The notes under the pieces were generated by a model. It saw nothing but the letters and a program-made list of their open reading frames with translations. It had not been told where the DNA came from and did not search any database. This document shows positions 38,231 to 47,723 of a DNA stretch of 64,000 bases, piece after piece. This DNA is from a bacterium. GTDB lineage: Bacteria > UBA8248 > JACPRG01 > G963555815. Location of the stretch: contig CBDFMI010000006.1 of NCBI GenBank assembly GCA_965249615.1, positions 444,132-508,131 of the forward strand. The letters are read 5' to 3'. Each line of letters opens with the position of its first letter. The first letter of the stretch is position 1. The position numbers and the translations under genes were made by a program.

Positions 38231-40297
38231 TTATTTTGGCCCTTCGACCAGCTTCTCTGGGAGTCTTTCATTGTGGTCGGGCGAGAGCCCGAGGTCCTTG
38301 AGGAGTTTGGCGCTGTAGAAGGCGAGCTCCCAAGATACCGCGGGCCTGATCTGAGAAGGCGTGAGCCCCTCAGCAAACGTCAGGTCAGCCCCCTTGAGGT
38401 TGGCCAGGAGAAGATCGGCCCCTTCGAGGTTAGCCCCGCGCAGGTCGGCCCCTTGGAGGTTGGCCTGGGTCAGTACGGCCCCTTGGAGGTTGGCCTGGAG
38501 CAGGTTGGCCCTCTGGAGGTTGGCCTGGAGCAGGTTGGCCCCCTGGAGGTTGGCGGAAAACAGGACGACTTCCTGGAGATCAGCTCCCTGGAGGTCGCTC
38601 CTCTGGAGGTCGGCCTCGTGGAGGAGGGCCCCTTGAAGTTTTGCCCCCTGCAAGTCGGCATTGACTAGGAAGGAACGAAACCCTGCGGCGTATCGCAGGT
38701 CTCTTCCCCTGAGACGGGCCCCTTTCACCAGACTAAACTCATCTTCGTTCTGTCCCGTCCAGTTTGGGGGCTTGGTTGAAACCTCCACCTCGCTGAAGTC
38801 CGCGAAGGGGCTGAGGCCAATGAGCGCGAAGGCGCCTGGCACCCATCTCCGGATGCTGATCGGTTTCAGGTCGGGGGCGATAGGCGTGGTGGCTTGCCGT
38901 ATGAAGCGAGCAGGAGGGGCAAAGTAGGCGGGGGGGACGCCGTCAATCCCCCCGAGGGCGAACAAAGAAAAGATGGCGCCGATACCGAGGGCCATTGCCA
39001 GGGGCACGTAAATCCTCCCTAAGGCCGATATGTATGGTCCCCAGACCCTCCATCTTCCCTTGAGACGAACCGGGATTAACTCCTCGCCGCGAAGCGTTCT
39101 CCTCGCGAGCTGGATGAACCAAAGGGCGCAAAAGGCTGAAAGGGCCAGAAGGGCTGAGTGAAACCAGGTCCCGGCCCATTCGTGGCGGGGGAGATATCTC
39201 GTCCAGAAGAGAAGGAGCGTTGCCGGGACGACCCACCAGCCAAGGACGAAGGAGATATGCACCTGCAGGCGAGAAAGTGGCGGGCGGTTTTTCCTCAACA
39301 GCGGGAAATGAGCCCGCGCAAGACAATTCAGGAGCCAGGGGTAGGCCCTCTTGTCGATGGGCCTCCCGTCGGGGAAGACAGCGGGAAGATCCGCCAGACC
39401 TTCCCACAGGCGAAGTAGGTGGACATGAAAATAGATGTAGTGGCCAAGAATGAGGAGGGGCACCGCTAAGTAGAACCAGACGATGGGGATCGCGGTCCCG
39501 AGGATGGGAAGGGGCGAGGAAGCGGAGTTGGTCAGGAGCCGGGTGTCTGTCGTCGTGGCGATAGTCAGCAGGGCATAGAGGCATGCCAGCAGCATCGCGA
39601 GGAAGATCTTTCGCGCGCTTTTGGACGCCTCCTCAACAATTCTCAGAGGCTCAAACCTGTGAAGGTCACCCGGGAGCGCCACTGCGTCCAGGTTGGCCCC
39701 GCCAAGCTTCACCCCTGAGAAGTTGACGACCCCCTGGAGGCTGGTCCCCTTCAGGTTTGACCCCCGGAAGTCCGTATCAGTCAGGCTGGCCCCGTGGAGG
39801 TCGGCGTGATCGAGATTGGCCTCGCGGAGGAGGGCCCCTTGAAGCTCGGCCTCGTTCAGGCTGGCCCTCTGGAGCTTGGCCCTCCTCAGACTGGCCCCTT
39901 CAAGGTTGGCCCCGGTCAGGTTGGCTTCCTTGAGGTTGACGTCCTCCAGATTCGCCCCCTTGAGGTTAGCCTTCACTAGGTTGGCCTCCTTGAGGTTGGC
40001 TTCAGACAAGCTCGCCCCTTCGAGGTTGGCCTTAAGCAGATTGGCCTCTTGAAGGTTAGCGCCACTCAGATTGGCCAGTCGGAGATCGGTGTCGGAAAGG
40101 TTGCGTCGTCGGAGGTCAGTGTTCGAGAGATCGGCTTTTTGCCCCTCCTTTTTTGATCCCTGCCACTTCCGGTGCGCCTCAAGGATTTCTGTCAGCTGCT
40201 CCTTGGTGAGCGTCCGAAGCGCGGAAATTTCTTGGGGGATCATTTCAGGTTTGTCGGTTTCCTGACTCATCTTCCCTTTACCCGTAATGGGCCGCAC
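38231..40297 (-). CDS. Pentapeptide-repeat membrane protein: N-terminal pentapeptide beta-helix domain, central multi-TM core, C-terminal pentapeptide domain
   Basis: Dozens of A(D/N)L.. pentapeptides at both ends (e.g. ANLQEANLLKANLEGASLSEANLKEANL... and ANLQGANLLQANLQRANLLQANLQGAVL). Between them lie about 8 hydrophobic helices. Confidence 0.7.
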   Translation of the reverse strand: MRPITGKGKMSQETDKPEMIPQEISALRTLTKEQLTEILEAHRKWQGSKKEGQKADLSNTDLRRRNLSDTDLRLANLSGANLQEANLLKANLEGASLSEANLKEANLVKANLKGANLEDVNLKEANLTGANLEGASLRRAKLQRASLNEAELQGALLREANLDHADLHGASLTDTDFRGSNLKGTSLQGVVNFSGVKLGGANLDAVALPGDLHRFEPLRIVEEASKSARKIFLAMLLACLYALLTIATTTDTRLLTNSASSPLPILGTAIPIVWFYLAVPLLILGHYIYFHVHLLRLWEGLADLPAVFPDGRPIDKRAYPWLLNCLARAHFPLLRKNRPPLSRLQVHISFVLGWWVVPATLLLFWTRYLPRHEWAGTWFHSALLALSAFCALWFIQLARRTLRGEELIPVRLKGRWRVWGPYISALGRIYVPLAMALGIGAIFSLFALGGIDGVPPAYFAPPARFIRQATTPIAPDLKPISIRRWVPGAFALIGLSPFADFSEVEVSTKPPNWTGQNEDEFSLVKGARLRGRDLRYAAGFRSFLVNADLQGAKLQGALLHEADLQRSDLQGADLQEVVLFSANLQGANLLQANLQRANLLQANLQGAVLTQANLQGADLRGANLEGADLLLANLKGADLTFAEGLTPSQIRPAVSWELAFYSAKLLKDLGLSPDHNERLPEKLVEGPK

Positions 40298-40432
40298 TTA
40301 GAGCCGCCAGGGATCTGTGTGGCTCAGATAGTTCTCATAATATCATATGGTTTCGGAGAATTTTGGTCCTGGGCCGTAATCGCCTGGATGCGCCCTGGAC
40401 AGACGGTCAGCCCGTGTCTATATTCTTGTTTT

Positions 40433-40750
40433 ATGGAGCCGAAAGAGCACGTCGAGATCGCATCGGTGGACAAGGAGGGCCGCATAGAACTTTCCCAAAA
40501 GGTTCTCAAGACCCTTGGCGTCGCCCCTGGGAAAGAGGTCAAGCTAAAGGTCCGGGGAAAGCAGGTGACGGTCGAACGTCACATCGCAGACCTTTTTGCG
40601 GAGTACCGCAATAGGCCGAAGGCCCCGGGCATTCAGGAGCTCGCCAAGGCCCAGAAGAAGAAAAAAGAGGAGGCCAAAGAGGAGTTCAAAAAACGTCTCA
40701 AAGAACGTCCTGAAGTCCGCCCCGAAGATCGTCCGGATTTTTGGGATTAG
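40433..40750 (+). CDS. AbrB/MazE/SpoVT-family (looped-hinge helix) DNA-binding protein with Lys/Glu-rich C-terminal tail
   Basis: VDKEGRIELSQKVLKTLGVAPGKEVKLKVRGKQVTVER resembles the SpoVT_AbrB swapped-hairpin domain; divergent from the pentapeptide gene. Confidence 0.45.
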   Translation: MEPKEHVEIASVDKEGRIELSQKVLKTLGVAPGKEVKLKVRGKQVTVERHIADLFAEYRNRPKAPGIQELAKAQKKKKEEAKEEFKKRLKERPEVRPEDRPDFWD

Positions 40751-40941
40751 AATAAAGAGATACGCAGCGAGTTCGATTGCCCGCTGGTTCCCTTTAGTCG
40801 CCGCAAAGAATTCCACGATCAGTCAAATCCCCGCTCTTCCCCTTGACGCCTCAACTTGTTTCTGTTAATTCTTGACCGCCGGTTGGAAGACCTTGTCCGG
40901 CCCCTGCCGCTTGACGAAATTCCCCTCGGAGGAATTCTGCT

Positions 40942-43317
40942 TTGATCTGGATTCGCCTCTTTCTCTTCTTCGTTTCGCTCAGCTTCCTTTTTCCTGGTCT
41001 CGGCGGGGCGCAGGATGTCTTTCCCACCCCCAAGGGTCTAGAGGCAGCTCAAAAATTTTGGATCGACATCTTCACTAAGCACGGCAGGAATCAAGTCGTT
41101 ATCCACGATGCCGATCACCTGGACGTGGTCTATGAAGTCCTCCAGCTTGATGGGCGCGGCCCCTCCGGCAAGGTCAGCCCCAAACGGCGGGAGGCCGGGA
41201 TTCGTCGAGCCAAGAGCCGCTACCGTGAGCTCATCGACTCCTGGAGGAAGAACTCGCCCGACCCCTCTCAGCTGTCGAGCTCCCATAGGCGGATCTATCT
41301 CGCGTTGACGCGCCCGGAGCGCCGCTACAGCCTGCAGGAGGCCCGAAAGAACATTCGCGGGCAACTGGGACTTAAAGAGAGGTTCCGCGAGGGCCTTATC
41401 CGGTCCGGACTTTATCTGAACCGCATGAAGGAGATCTTTCGCCAGCACGGCCTGCCGGACGATCTCATCGCCATCCCCCACGTGGAGTCCTCCTTTCAGA
41501 TCCACGCCCTCTCCAGATACGGGGCTGCGGGGATCTGGCAGTTCACGCGGGACACGGGCCGAAGGTTTCTCACCATCAATTACGCCATCGATGAGCGCCG
41601 GGACCCTATTCTCGCCACTGAAGCGGCGGCAAAACTCCTGAAGGCGAACTTTGCGGATCTGGGGAGCTGGCCCCTCGCCGTGACGGCCTATAACCATGGC
41701 CTCGGAGGGATGAGGAGAGCCGTCCGCACGGTGGGGACCAAAGACCTTCCCACCATTATCCGACGCTACAGGGGGCGGATCTTTGGCTTTGCCTCGAAGA
41801 ATTTTTACGCCGAATTTCTGGCGGCAAGAGAGGTCAACAATCACCCAGAAAAGTATTTCGGCGGGGTTCCTTTTGCGTCTCCCCTGAAGTTCGATGTTTT
41901 CGAAATTCCTGACTACATTGGGATGGAGACCGTCACCCGGCACCTTGGCCTGGGGCAGGAGGAGATCCGAGCGCTGAACCCGGCCCTTCGCCGCCCTATC
42001 CTGGATGGAAGACGGTATCTCCCGAAAGGCTATCCCCTTCGGGTGCCTCCAGGGAGTGGAGAAGAGATCGCCAGGGCCTACGCCGCCATCCCTTCCGACG
42101 AAAAGTCGAGAAGCCAACAGCGCGACCAGTGGTATCGAGTCCGGCGGGGAGATACGCTCATCAAGATCGCCCGCCTCTTCGGGACTTCCCTCAACGCCCT
42201 CGTGGCGGTCAACGATCTCCGAGACCCGGACCGCATCCGTAAAGGGGCGGTCCTCGCCATCCCCCCAGCGCGCGGGTCCAGAGAACAAGGGCGCCCCGGG
42301 TCGTATCAAGTTCAAAGGGGAGACACGCTCGGCAAGATCGCCCGCCTCTTTGGGACCTCCGTCAACGCCCTCATGGCCGCCAACAACCTTCGGAACCCGA
42401 ACCACGTTCGTAAAGGGACGGTTCTGACCGTTCCCTCGACGGAGGCGTCCATCAAGCAGGAGCGTCCTCAGTCGTATCGAGTGCGAAGGGGAGATACGCT
42501 GACCGAGATCGCCCGCCTCTTTGGGACCTCCGTCAAGGCCCTGATGGCCGCCAACGGCCTTCGGAACGCGGACCACGTCCGCAAAGGGGTGGTCCTCGCC
42601 ATCCCCGGGGTGGAGAAGACGACGCTGGCCCGCCTCGAACAGGAGGAGCCGAAACCGAGCCCTCTAAAACCTCCTGAGAAACCCGAGCAAGAGGAGATTG
42701 AGGCTGTCCAAATTGACATTGTCCAAGAGGACATCCCTGAGAAAATCCCTGACGAGGTCTTGAACGGGGAAACCGTCCCCTCAGACGGGAGCCCGGCGGC
42801 ACCCCCGGCCGAGGAAGAGGCCCCCCTTCCTTCTCCTCTCGCCATCTCCGAGGTCAGATTTCCAGAAGCCTCCAGGGACCGAGGCTGGATCATCGTTGAG
42901 CCGGCGGAGACCCTGGGCCATTTTGCCGATTGGCTTGAGGTGGAGACCCAGGCCCTCAGACACCTGAACAGGCTCAGGCGCGGGAGGGCCATTCAGGTCG
43001 GACAGCGGATCTCACTCGCCTTTCAAAAAGTGGGCGTGGAGGTGTTCGAGGCAAGACGGCTTGAGTACCACAGGGGGCTAGAAGAGGACTTCTTTGAGGT
43101 CTACCAGGTCGAGGGAACCGAGCTCCACGCCCTCCAGACCGGGGAGAATATCTGGGCCCTCGCCCGTGGACGCTATGGGGTTCCCTTCTGGCTCGTGGCC
43201 AGATATAATCCTGACAAAATCCTTTCCCGGTTGGGCACAGGGGAGCGGGTGGTCATTCCCATTGTCGGGTCCCGGGCGGCTGAACCGCTTCAAGCGGAGA
43301 CCGGTATCGAGCCCTAA
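40942..43317 (+). CDS. mltD: Membrane-bound lytic murein transglycosylase D-like: SLT domain plus three LysM repeats
   Basis: Signal peptide; SLT catalytic region AIPHVESSFQIHALSRYGAAGIWQF; three LysM units Y.V.RGDTL..IARLFGTSV.AL.A.N.LR....VRKG.VL.IP. Confidence 0.8.
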   Translation: MIWIRLFLFFVSLSFLFPGLGGAQDVFPTPKGLEAAQKFWIDIFTKHGRNQVVIHDADHLDVVYEVLQLDGRGPSGKVSPKRREAGIRRAKSRYRELIDSWRKNSPDPSQLSSSHRRIYLALTRPERRYSLQEARKNIRGQLGLKERFREGLIRSGLYLNRMKEIFRQHGLPDDLIAIPHVESSFQIHALSRYGAAGIWQFTRDTGRRFLTINYAIDERRDPILATEAAAKLLKANFADLGSWPLAVTAYNHGLGGMRRAVRTVGTKDLPTIIRRYRGRIFGFASKNFYAEFLAAREVNNHPEKYFGGVPFASPLKFDVFEIPDYIGMETVTRHLGLGQEEIRALNPALRRPILDGRRYLPKGYPLRVPPGSGEEIARAYAAIPSDEKSRSQQRDQWYRVRRGDTLIKIARLFGTSLNALVAVNDLRDPDRIRKGAVLAIPPARGSREQGRPGSYQVQRGDTLGKIARLFGTSVNALMAANNLRNPNHVRKGTVLTVPSTEASIKQERPQSYRVRRGDTLTEIARLFGTSVKALMAANGLRNADHVRKGVVLAIPGVEKTTLARLEQEEPKPSPLKPPEKPEQEEIEAVQIDIVQEDIPEKIPDEVLNGETVPSDGSPAAPPAEEEAPLPSPLAISEVRFPEASRDRGWIIVEPAETLGHFADWLEVETQALRHLNRLRRGRAIQVGQRISLAFQKVGVEVFEARRLEYHRGLEEDFFEVYQVEGTELHALQTGENIWALARGRYGVPFWLVARYNPDKILSRLGTGERVVIPIVGSRAAEPLQAETGIEP

Positions 43318-43402
43318 AGGCAACCCGCCGCTTCCCTCAAAGGGGATCTAAACCGGGCGGGCTGTCCCGTAGGTTCCAAGAGCGACAGCCTCCAGGGGAA
43401 TC

Positions 43403-44569
43403 ATGGACCTCAAGATCTCCAAAGAAGAACTTCAGAAGGCGCTCGCCCGAGTGCAGGGGATCGTCGAGACCCGCACCAGCGCCATGCCCATCCTTCAAAA
43501 CTTCCTCCTCCAGGTGCCTAAAAAAAAGAAAGAGGGCAAGGTGGTCGTCTCCGCCACTGACCTGGACATCAGCTTCCAGGGGACCTACGAGGCAGAGATC
43601 CTCTCCCCGGGCCAGATCACCCTCCCCGCCCGAAAGGTTTTTGACATCGTCAAAGAACTCCCCTCCGCCGAGGTCTCCCTCAAGTTGGAAGAGAATCAAT
43701 GGCTGCGCCTCACGTGTGCGAAAAGCGTCTTCCGGTTCCCAGGGCTTCCGGCGGAGGATTTCCCCGCGGTCCCCTCCCTGCAGGAAGGGCCCACCCTTGA
43801 CCTGAAGGCCCAGGATCTGGCGGAGATGCTCCGGAAAACCATGTTCGCCATCTCGACGGACGAGACCCGTCACGCCCTCAACGGGGTCTTCTTGGAGGGA
43901 GAAAAGGATCGCCTGAGCTTGGTGGCAACCGATGGGCACCGGCTGGCCTTCATCTCCCGGGCCTGTGAGCCCCTTCAAGAGCCGGTTGGATTCATCGTCC
44001 ACCGCAAGGCCGTCGCCGAACTCCTAAAACTTCTCTCTGAGGTGAAAGACACCGTCCGCGTACAGGTCCAGGAAAATCACGTCCTATTCGCCTTGGGTTC
44101 CTTGCTGATCGTCTCAAGGCTCATCGAGGGCCAGTTCCCCAATTACCGCCAGGTCATCCCCAGCCAGAACGAGCGAAAGGTCTCCCTTTCCCGTGCCGCC
44201 CTCTGGGGAGGGCTTCGCCGGGTGTCTCAGATGGCCGACGAGAGGTCCCGCCTGGTCAAGTTCAAGCTGGAGCCCAAGACCCTCTCCCTGCTCACCGACG
44301 CTCGGGAGCTCGGGGAAGCCCACGAGACCCTCGAGGTGGACTATGAGGGAGAGGAGGTCACCGTCGGCTTCAACGCCAGATATGTCCTGGACTTCCTGAA
44401 CGCCATTGAAACCGAGTCGGTTCAAGTCGCGCTGAATGACCCTCTGAGTCCAGGCCTTTTCCGACCCGATGGAGCCGAAGGCCAAGAGAAACCCCCCTCC
44501 GGCAAGGGGAAGAAGAAAGCACCGAGTCAAGAGGAATACCTCTGCGTTATCATGCCCATGCGGGTCTAG
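43403..44569 (+). CDS. dnaN: DNA polymerase III subunit beta (sliding clamp)
   Basis: MDLKISKEELQKALARVQGIVETRTSAMPILQNFLL, three-domain length (388 aa); no dnaA upstream. Confidence 0.85.
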   Translation: MDLKISKEELQKALARVQGIVETRTSAMPILQNFLLQVPKKKKEGKVVVSATDLDISFQGTYEAEILSPGQITLPARKVFDIVKELPSAEVSLKLEENQWLRLTCAKSVFRFPGLPAEDFPAVPSLQEGPTLDLKAQDLAEMLRKTMFAISTDETRHALNGVFLEGEKDRLSLVATDGHRLAFISRACEPLQEPVGFIVHRKAVAELLKLLSEVKDTVRVQVQENHVLFALGSLLIVSRLIEGQFPNYRQVIPSQNERKVSLSRAALWGGLRRVSQMADERSRLVKFKLEPKTLSLLTDARELGEAHETLEVDYEGEEVTVGFNARYVLDFLNAIETESVQVALNDPLSPGLFRPDGAEGQEKPPSGKGKKKAPSQEEYLCVIMPMRV

Positions 44570-44613
44570 CCCCTTCGGGCACGCAGTGCCTTTCCCCTTT
44601 TACTGGCGACGCT

Positions 44614-44994
44614 TTAGTCTTCCAGGATGACCTCGGCGAGGGCCATCTCGTCGGTGTGGGAGAGGCTCACGTGGGCCTTTCTGACGCCGAGCGAGTGGGC
44701 TCTTCGCTCGGCGGCACCGTACAGATGAAGGTCTGGACGGCCCCCCTCGGCGGGGAGGACCTCGATCTCCGTCCACGAAAGGCCACCATGGGGCCAGCCC
44801 CTGCCCAGGGCCTTAAAAGCGGCCTCTTTGGCAGCGAAGCGGGCGGCGTAGTGCGTGTACTTTCGCGGGCGGGATTCGCAATAGACGATCTCGGCGGATG
44901 TGAACACCCGGCGGAAGAACCGCGTCCCGTATCGCGTGCCCGCCGATTGAAGCCTTGCCACATCGACGAGGTCAGTCCCGATGCCGACGATCAT
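44614..44994 (-). CDS. acpS: Holo-[acyl-carrier-protein] synthase
   Basis: MIVGIGTDLVDVARL...FAAKEAAFKALG is the canonical AcpS 4'-phosphopantetheinyl transferase. Confidence 0.85.
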   Translation of the reverse strand: MIVGIGTDLVDVARLQSAGTRYGTRFFRRVFTSAEIVYCESRPRKYTHYAARFAAKEAAFKALGRGWPHGGLSWTEIEVLPAEGGRPDLHLYGAAERRAHSLGVRKAHVSLSHTDEMALAEVILED

Positions 44995-45209
44995 CCGCCA
45001 CCTCCGATGAAAAATCATCCATGGGGAAGTTTTTAGTCATTATAGACGAAGAGGGGCGGGCGTGAGAACCGACTGGCGCCTTGAAAATGTGAAAATGAAA
45101 AATTGAAAAAGTCCTACCTCTTAAAATCCCTTGTCATGGAAGACGGATGGTGTTAGTTTCCTACTTGTCCTGGGTGCTTCAGCTGATGCCTTCCGCAAGT
45201 TCTTCTTAG

Positions 45210-46664
45210 ATGAAATTTGAGCAAGACTTCCAAAGCCTGATCGAGCTCGTCAGCAATGTCACAGACGCCTTCACGGCGGGAGTTTTTCTCCCCGGCCCCG
45301 CGGAGGGAATGCTGACTCTCAGGATCTATCACACCCTCAGCGACCATCTGAGGACCGATGCCCATATTGAGCGCGGGCAGGGGCTTGTCGGCTGGGTGGC
45401 CGAACACGGCAAACCCTTGAATTCCGTAGAGTTCAAGCACGACATCTCTGCCCTCGGTCTCTACGGCGGGCCAGAGGACATCAAATCTTTCATGGCCGTC
45501 CCGATTCGCACCCCAGAGGGGACCGGCGTCCTCTGCATAGACAGCAAGCGTCAATATGTCTTCACCCCCAAGGTTCAAAAGATCCTCCTCGACTTTTCGC
45601 GGCTCATCTCCTACCTGCTGGAGAACTCTGACGTCTACCGGCAGATTGGCCGAGGGGCCATCTCTCTTTCCGATATGCGGGACTACGCAGGGGCCCTCAC
45701 CCATTCCTGCGATGAGGAGGCCTTCCTCGACTCCGCTTGCAATCTGCCAAAGAAACTCCTGGACTATGATGCCTGCCTCATCGCCCTGCGGGCCCCCGGG
45801 GAGGACCGCTTTGAAGTGGCTCGCTGTATCTGTCGCTTGGAGGACCCCCTGGAGGGACGCCCGGTCGACCTCGACCGAAGCCTCGTGGGCTGGGTCCTCT
45901 CCCGCGGGGAGGTCCTTCATCTGCAGACCCTGAACCGAGAGAGGGGCAAGAGTCACCTCATCCATCCCGAAGAGCCGGCGTGGCCCGTGGCCTCTTTCCT
46001 CGGCCTCCCTCTTCAGGTGGCAGAGGATTTCCTCGGCGTCCTCGCCTTCACCCGCTCGAGGCCGGGGGGATTTTTGGATCGGGAGCTTGCGGCGGCCGAA
46101 CTGGTCCAGCGCCTGCTGTCCCTGGGCCTCGCCAACACCAGAATGCATACCAAGTGGCGGAACCTGGCCGAGGTGGACCGCCTCACGGGCCTTCCGAACT
46201 ACCGCCGTTTTCAGGCTCATCTCAAGGCCGCGCTGGAGCGGACCACCGAGCAAAAAGGGTTTCTCGCCCTGCTGGCCGTCGAGGCCGTGGAATTTCCCGA
46301 CCCGGGTCGGGAGGCTTGGCTGGGAGATGGGCTCCTCAAGGAGCTGGCGCTTCTTCACCGGCAGTTTGCGGGGGACCCGGACTTAGTGACATGCTTTCAA
46401 GGACAGAGGTTCCTCCTCGCCTTAGAGGGGGCGAGTCCCGAAGCGGCGCGGGCCCTCGCCGAGAGGCTCCGGGAGGTTGTCGAGGAGACCATCTTTCCTT
46501 CCCAGGGCCCTCAAGTCCGCCTCAGGATCCACATCGGCCTCAGCAGCTTTCCAGAGGACGGTCGCACAGAGGGGCAGCTCGTCCTTCAAGGGCTTCGAGC
46601 GCTGGAGTGGGCCAAGGAAGAGGGGCGAAACACCATCTGTTCTTGCGCGGAGGTAATGGAGTGA
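45210..46664 (+). CDS. GAF-GAF-GGDEF-domain protein with degenerate GGDEF motif (CFQGQRF in place of RYGGEEF); probably a catalytically inactive diguanylate-cyclase-like sensor
   Basis: Two GAF-like regions (GLVGWVAEHGKPLN...; LVGWVLSRGEVLHL...), then DRLTGLPNYRRFQAHL... with a GGDEF fold but altered signature. Confidence 0.65.
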   Translation: MKFEQDFQSLIELVSNVTDAFTAGVFLPGPAEGMLTLRIYHTLSDHLRTDAHIERGQGLVGWVAEHGKPLNSVEFKHDISALGLYGGPEDIKSFMAVPIRTPEGTGVLCIDSKRQYVFTPKVQKILLDFSRLISYLLENSDVYRQIGRGAISLSDMRDYAGALTHSCDEEAFLDSACNLPKKLLDYDACLIALRAPGEDRFEVARCICRLEDPLEGRPVDLDRSLVGWVLSRGEVLHLQTLNRERGKSHLIHPEEPAWPVASFLGLPLQVAEDFLGVLAFTRSRPGGFLDRELAAAELVQRLLSLGLANTRMHTKWRNLAEVDRLTGLPNYRRFQAHLKAALERTTEQKGFLALLAVEAVEFPDPGREAWLGDGLLKELALLHRQFAGDPDLVTCFQGQRFLLALEGASPEAARALAERLREVVEETIFPSQGPQVRLRIHIGLSSFPEDGRTEGQLVLQGLRALEWAKEEGRNTICSCAEVME

Positions 46665-46666
46665 GG

Positions 46667-47692
46667 ATGCCACTGAGCTTTTTGCCCCGGCGGCTGGCCG
46701 GGGACATCGCCATCGACCTCGGTACCGCCAATACCCTCATCTACATCCCCGGGAGAGGGATCGTGTTGCAGCAACCCTCGGTCGTGGCCGTTGTCCAGGA
46801 CAATGGGGAGGTCCTCGCCGTGGGGGATGGGGCGAAGACCATGTGGGGCAAGACGCCGGACTCCATCACCATCATCCGGCCCATGAAAGATGGCGTCATC
46901 GCTGATTTTGAAGTCACCCGAACCATGATCCAGTACTTCATCCGCCAGGTCTATCAGGGCCGGCGCTACTTCAAGCCTCGAATGATGGTGTGCGTTCCCT
47001 CCGGGATCACCCAGGTGGAAAAACGCGCCGTGAAGGAGTCGGCCTTTCAGTCGGGGGCCCGAAGTGTCCATCTCATCGAGGAGCCCATGGCGGCCGCCAT
47101 CGGCAGCAAGCTGCCCGTCCACGAGGTGGGCGGGAACATGGTCGTCGACATCGGGGGTGGGACCACCGAGGTCGCCGTCATCTCCCGATATGCCACCGCC
47201 TACAGCGAGTCCATCCGAATCGCGGGGGACGAGATGGATGAGGCTATCCAGGCCCAGGTGAAGCGGGTTTACAGGCTTGCCATCGGCCCCTTTGAGGCCG
47301 AACGGGCCAAGATCGAGATCGGCTCCGCCGCCCCCCTGGACTCCCCGCTGACGACTGTCATCCGGGGCCGGGACATTGTGGAGGGGATCCCCAAGGCCAT
47401 CAATGTCGACGACACCATGATCCGTGAGGCCCTCAACGGCCCTGTGAAGGCCATTGTGGAGGCCATCCGGCGGGCCCTGGAGCGTTCCACGCCGGAGCAG
47501 GCCGCCGACATCACGCGAAAGGGCATCGTCCTGGCGGGTGGCGGATCGCTTCTGAAGGGCCTGGGAAAACGCCTGCACGAGGAGACGGGTCTTCGCATCT
47601 ATCGGGCCAAGGACCCCCTAACAGCCATCGTGCGAGGGACCGGGGAAGTCCTGGAAAACATGAAGATAATGCACAAGGTCTGCGTCACCTAG
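46667..47692 (+). CDS. mreB: Rod shape-determining protein MreB
   Basis: DIAIDLGTANTLIY...DIGGGTTEVAVIS...GIVLAGGGSLLKGL are actin-fold motifs. True start is ATG 46667, just after the upstream stop; the longer track ORF is a low-complexity artifact. Confidence 0.9.
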   Translation: MPLSFLPRRLAGDIAIDLGTANTLIYIPGRGIVLQQPSVVAVVQDNGEVLAVGDGAKTMWGKTPDSITIIRPMKDGVIADFEVTRTMIQYFIRQVYQGRRYFKPRMMVCVPSGITQVEKRAVKESAFQSGARSVHLIEEPMAAAIGSKLPVHEVGGNMVVDIGGGTTEVAVISRYATAYSESIRIAGDEMDEAIQAQVKRVYRLAIGPFEAERAKIEIGSAAPLDSPLTTVIRGRDIVEGIPKAINVDDTMIREALNGPVKAIVEAIRRALERSTPEQAADITRKGIVLAGGGSLLKGLGKRLHEETGLRIYRAKDPLTAIVRGTGEVLENMKIMHKVCVT

Positions 47693-47723
47693 GGATTCCT
47701 GAAAGCAGGAACGGGAGCCTTTC

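Noticed and set aside
38168-38668. Plus-strand ORFs (also 38361-38636, 39794-39979) with repeated RLAP / LEVG peptides
   Set aside because: They are the reverse-frame shadow of the pentapeptide-repeat codons on the minus strand.
45980-46666. N-terminal 229-aa extension of the mreB ORF
   Set aside because: Pro/Arg/Gly-rich, overlaps the 3' end of the GGDEF gene in another frame. Canonical MreB begins at ATG 46667.
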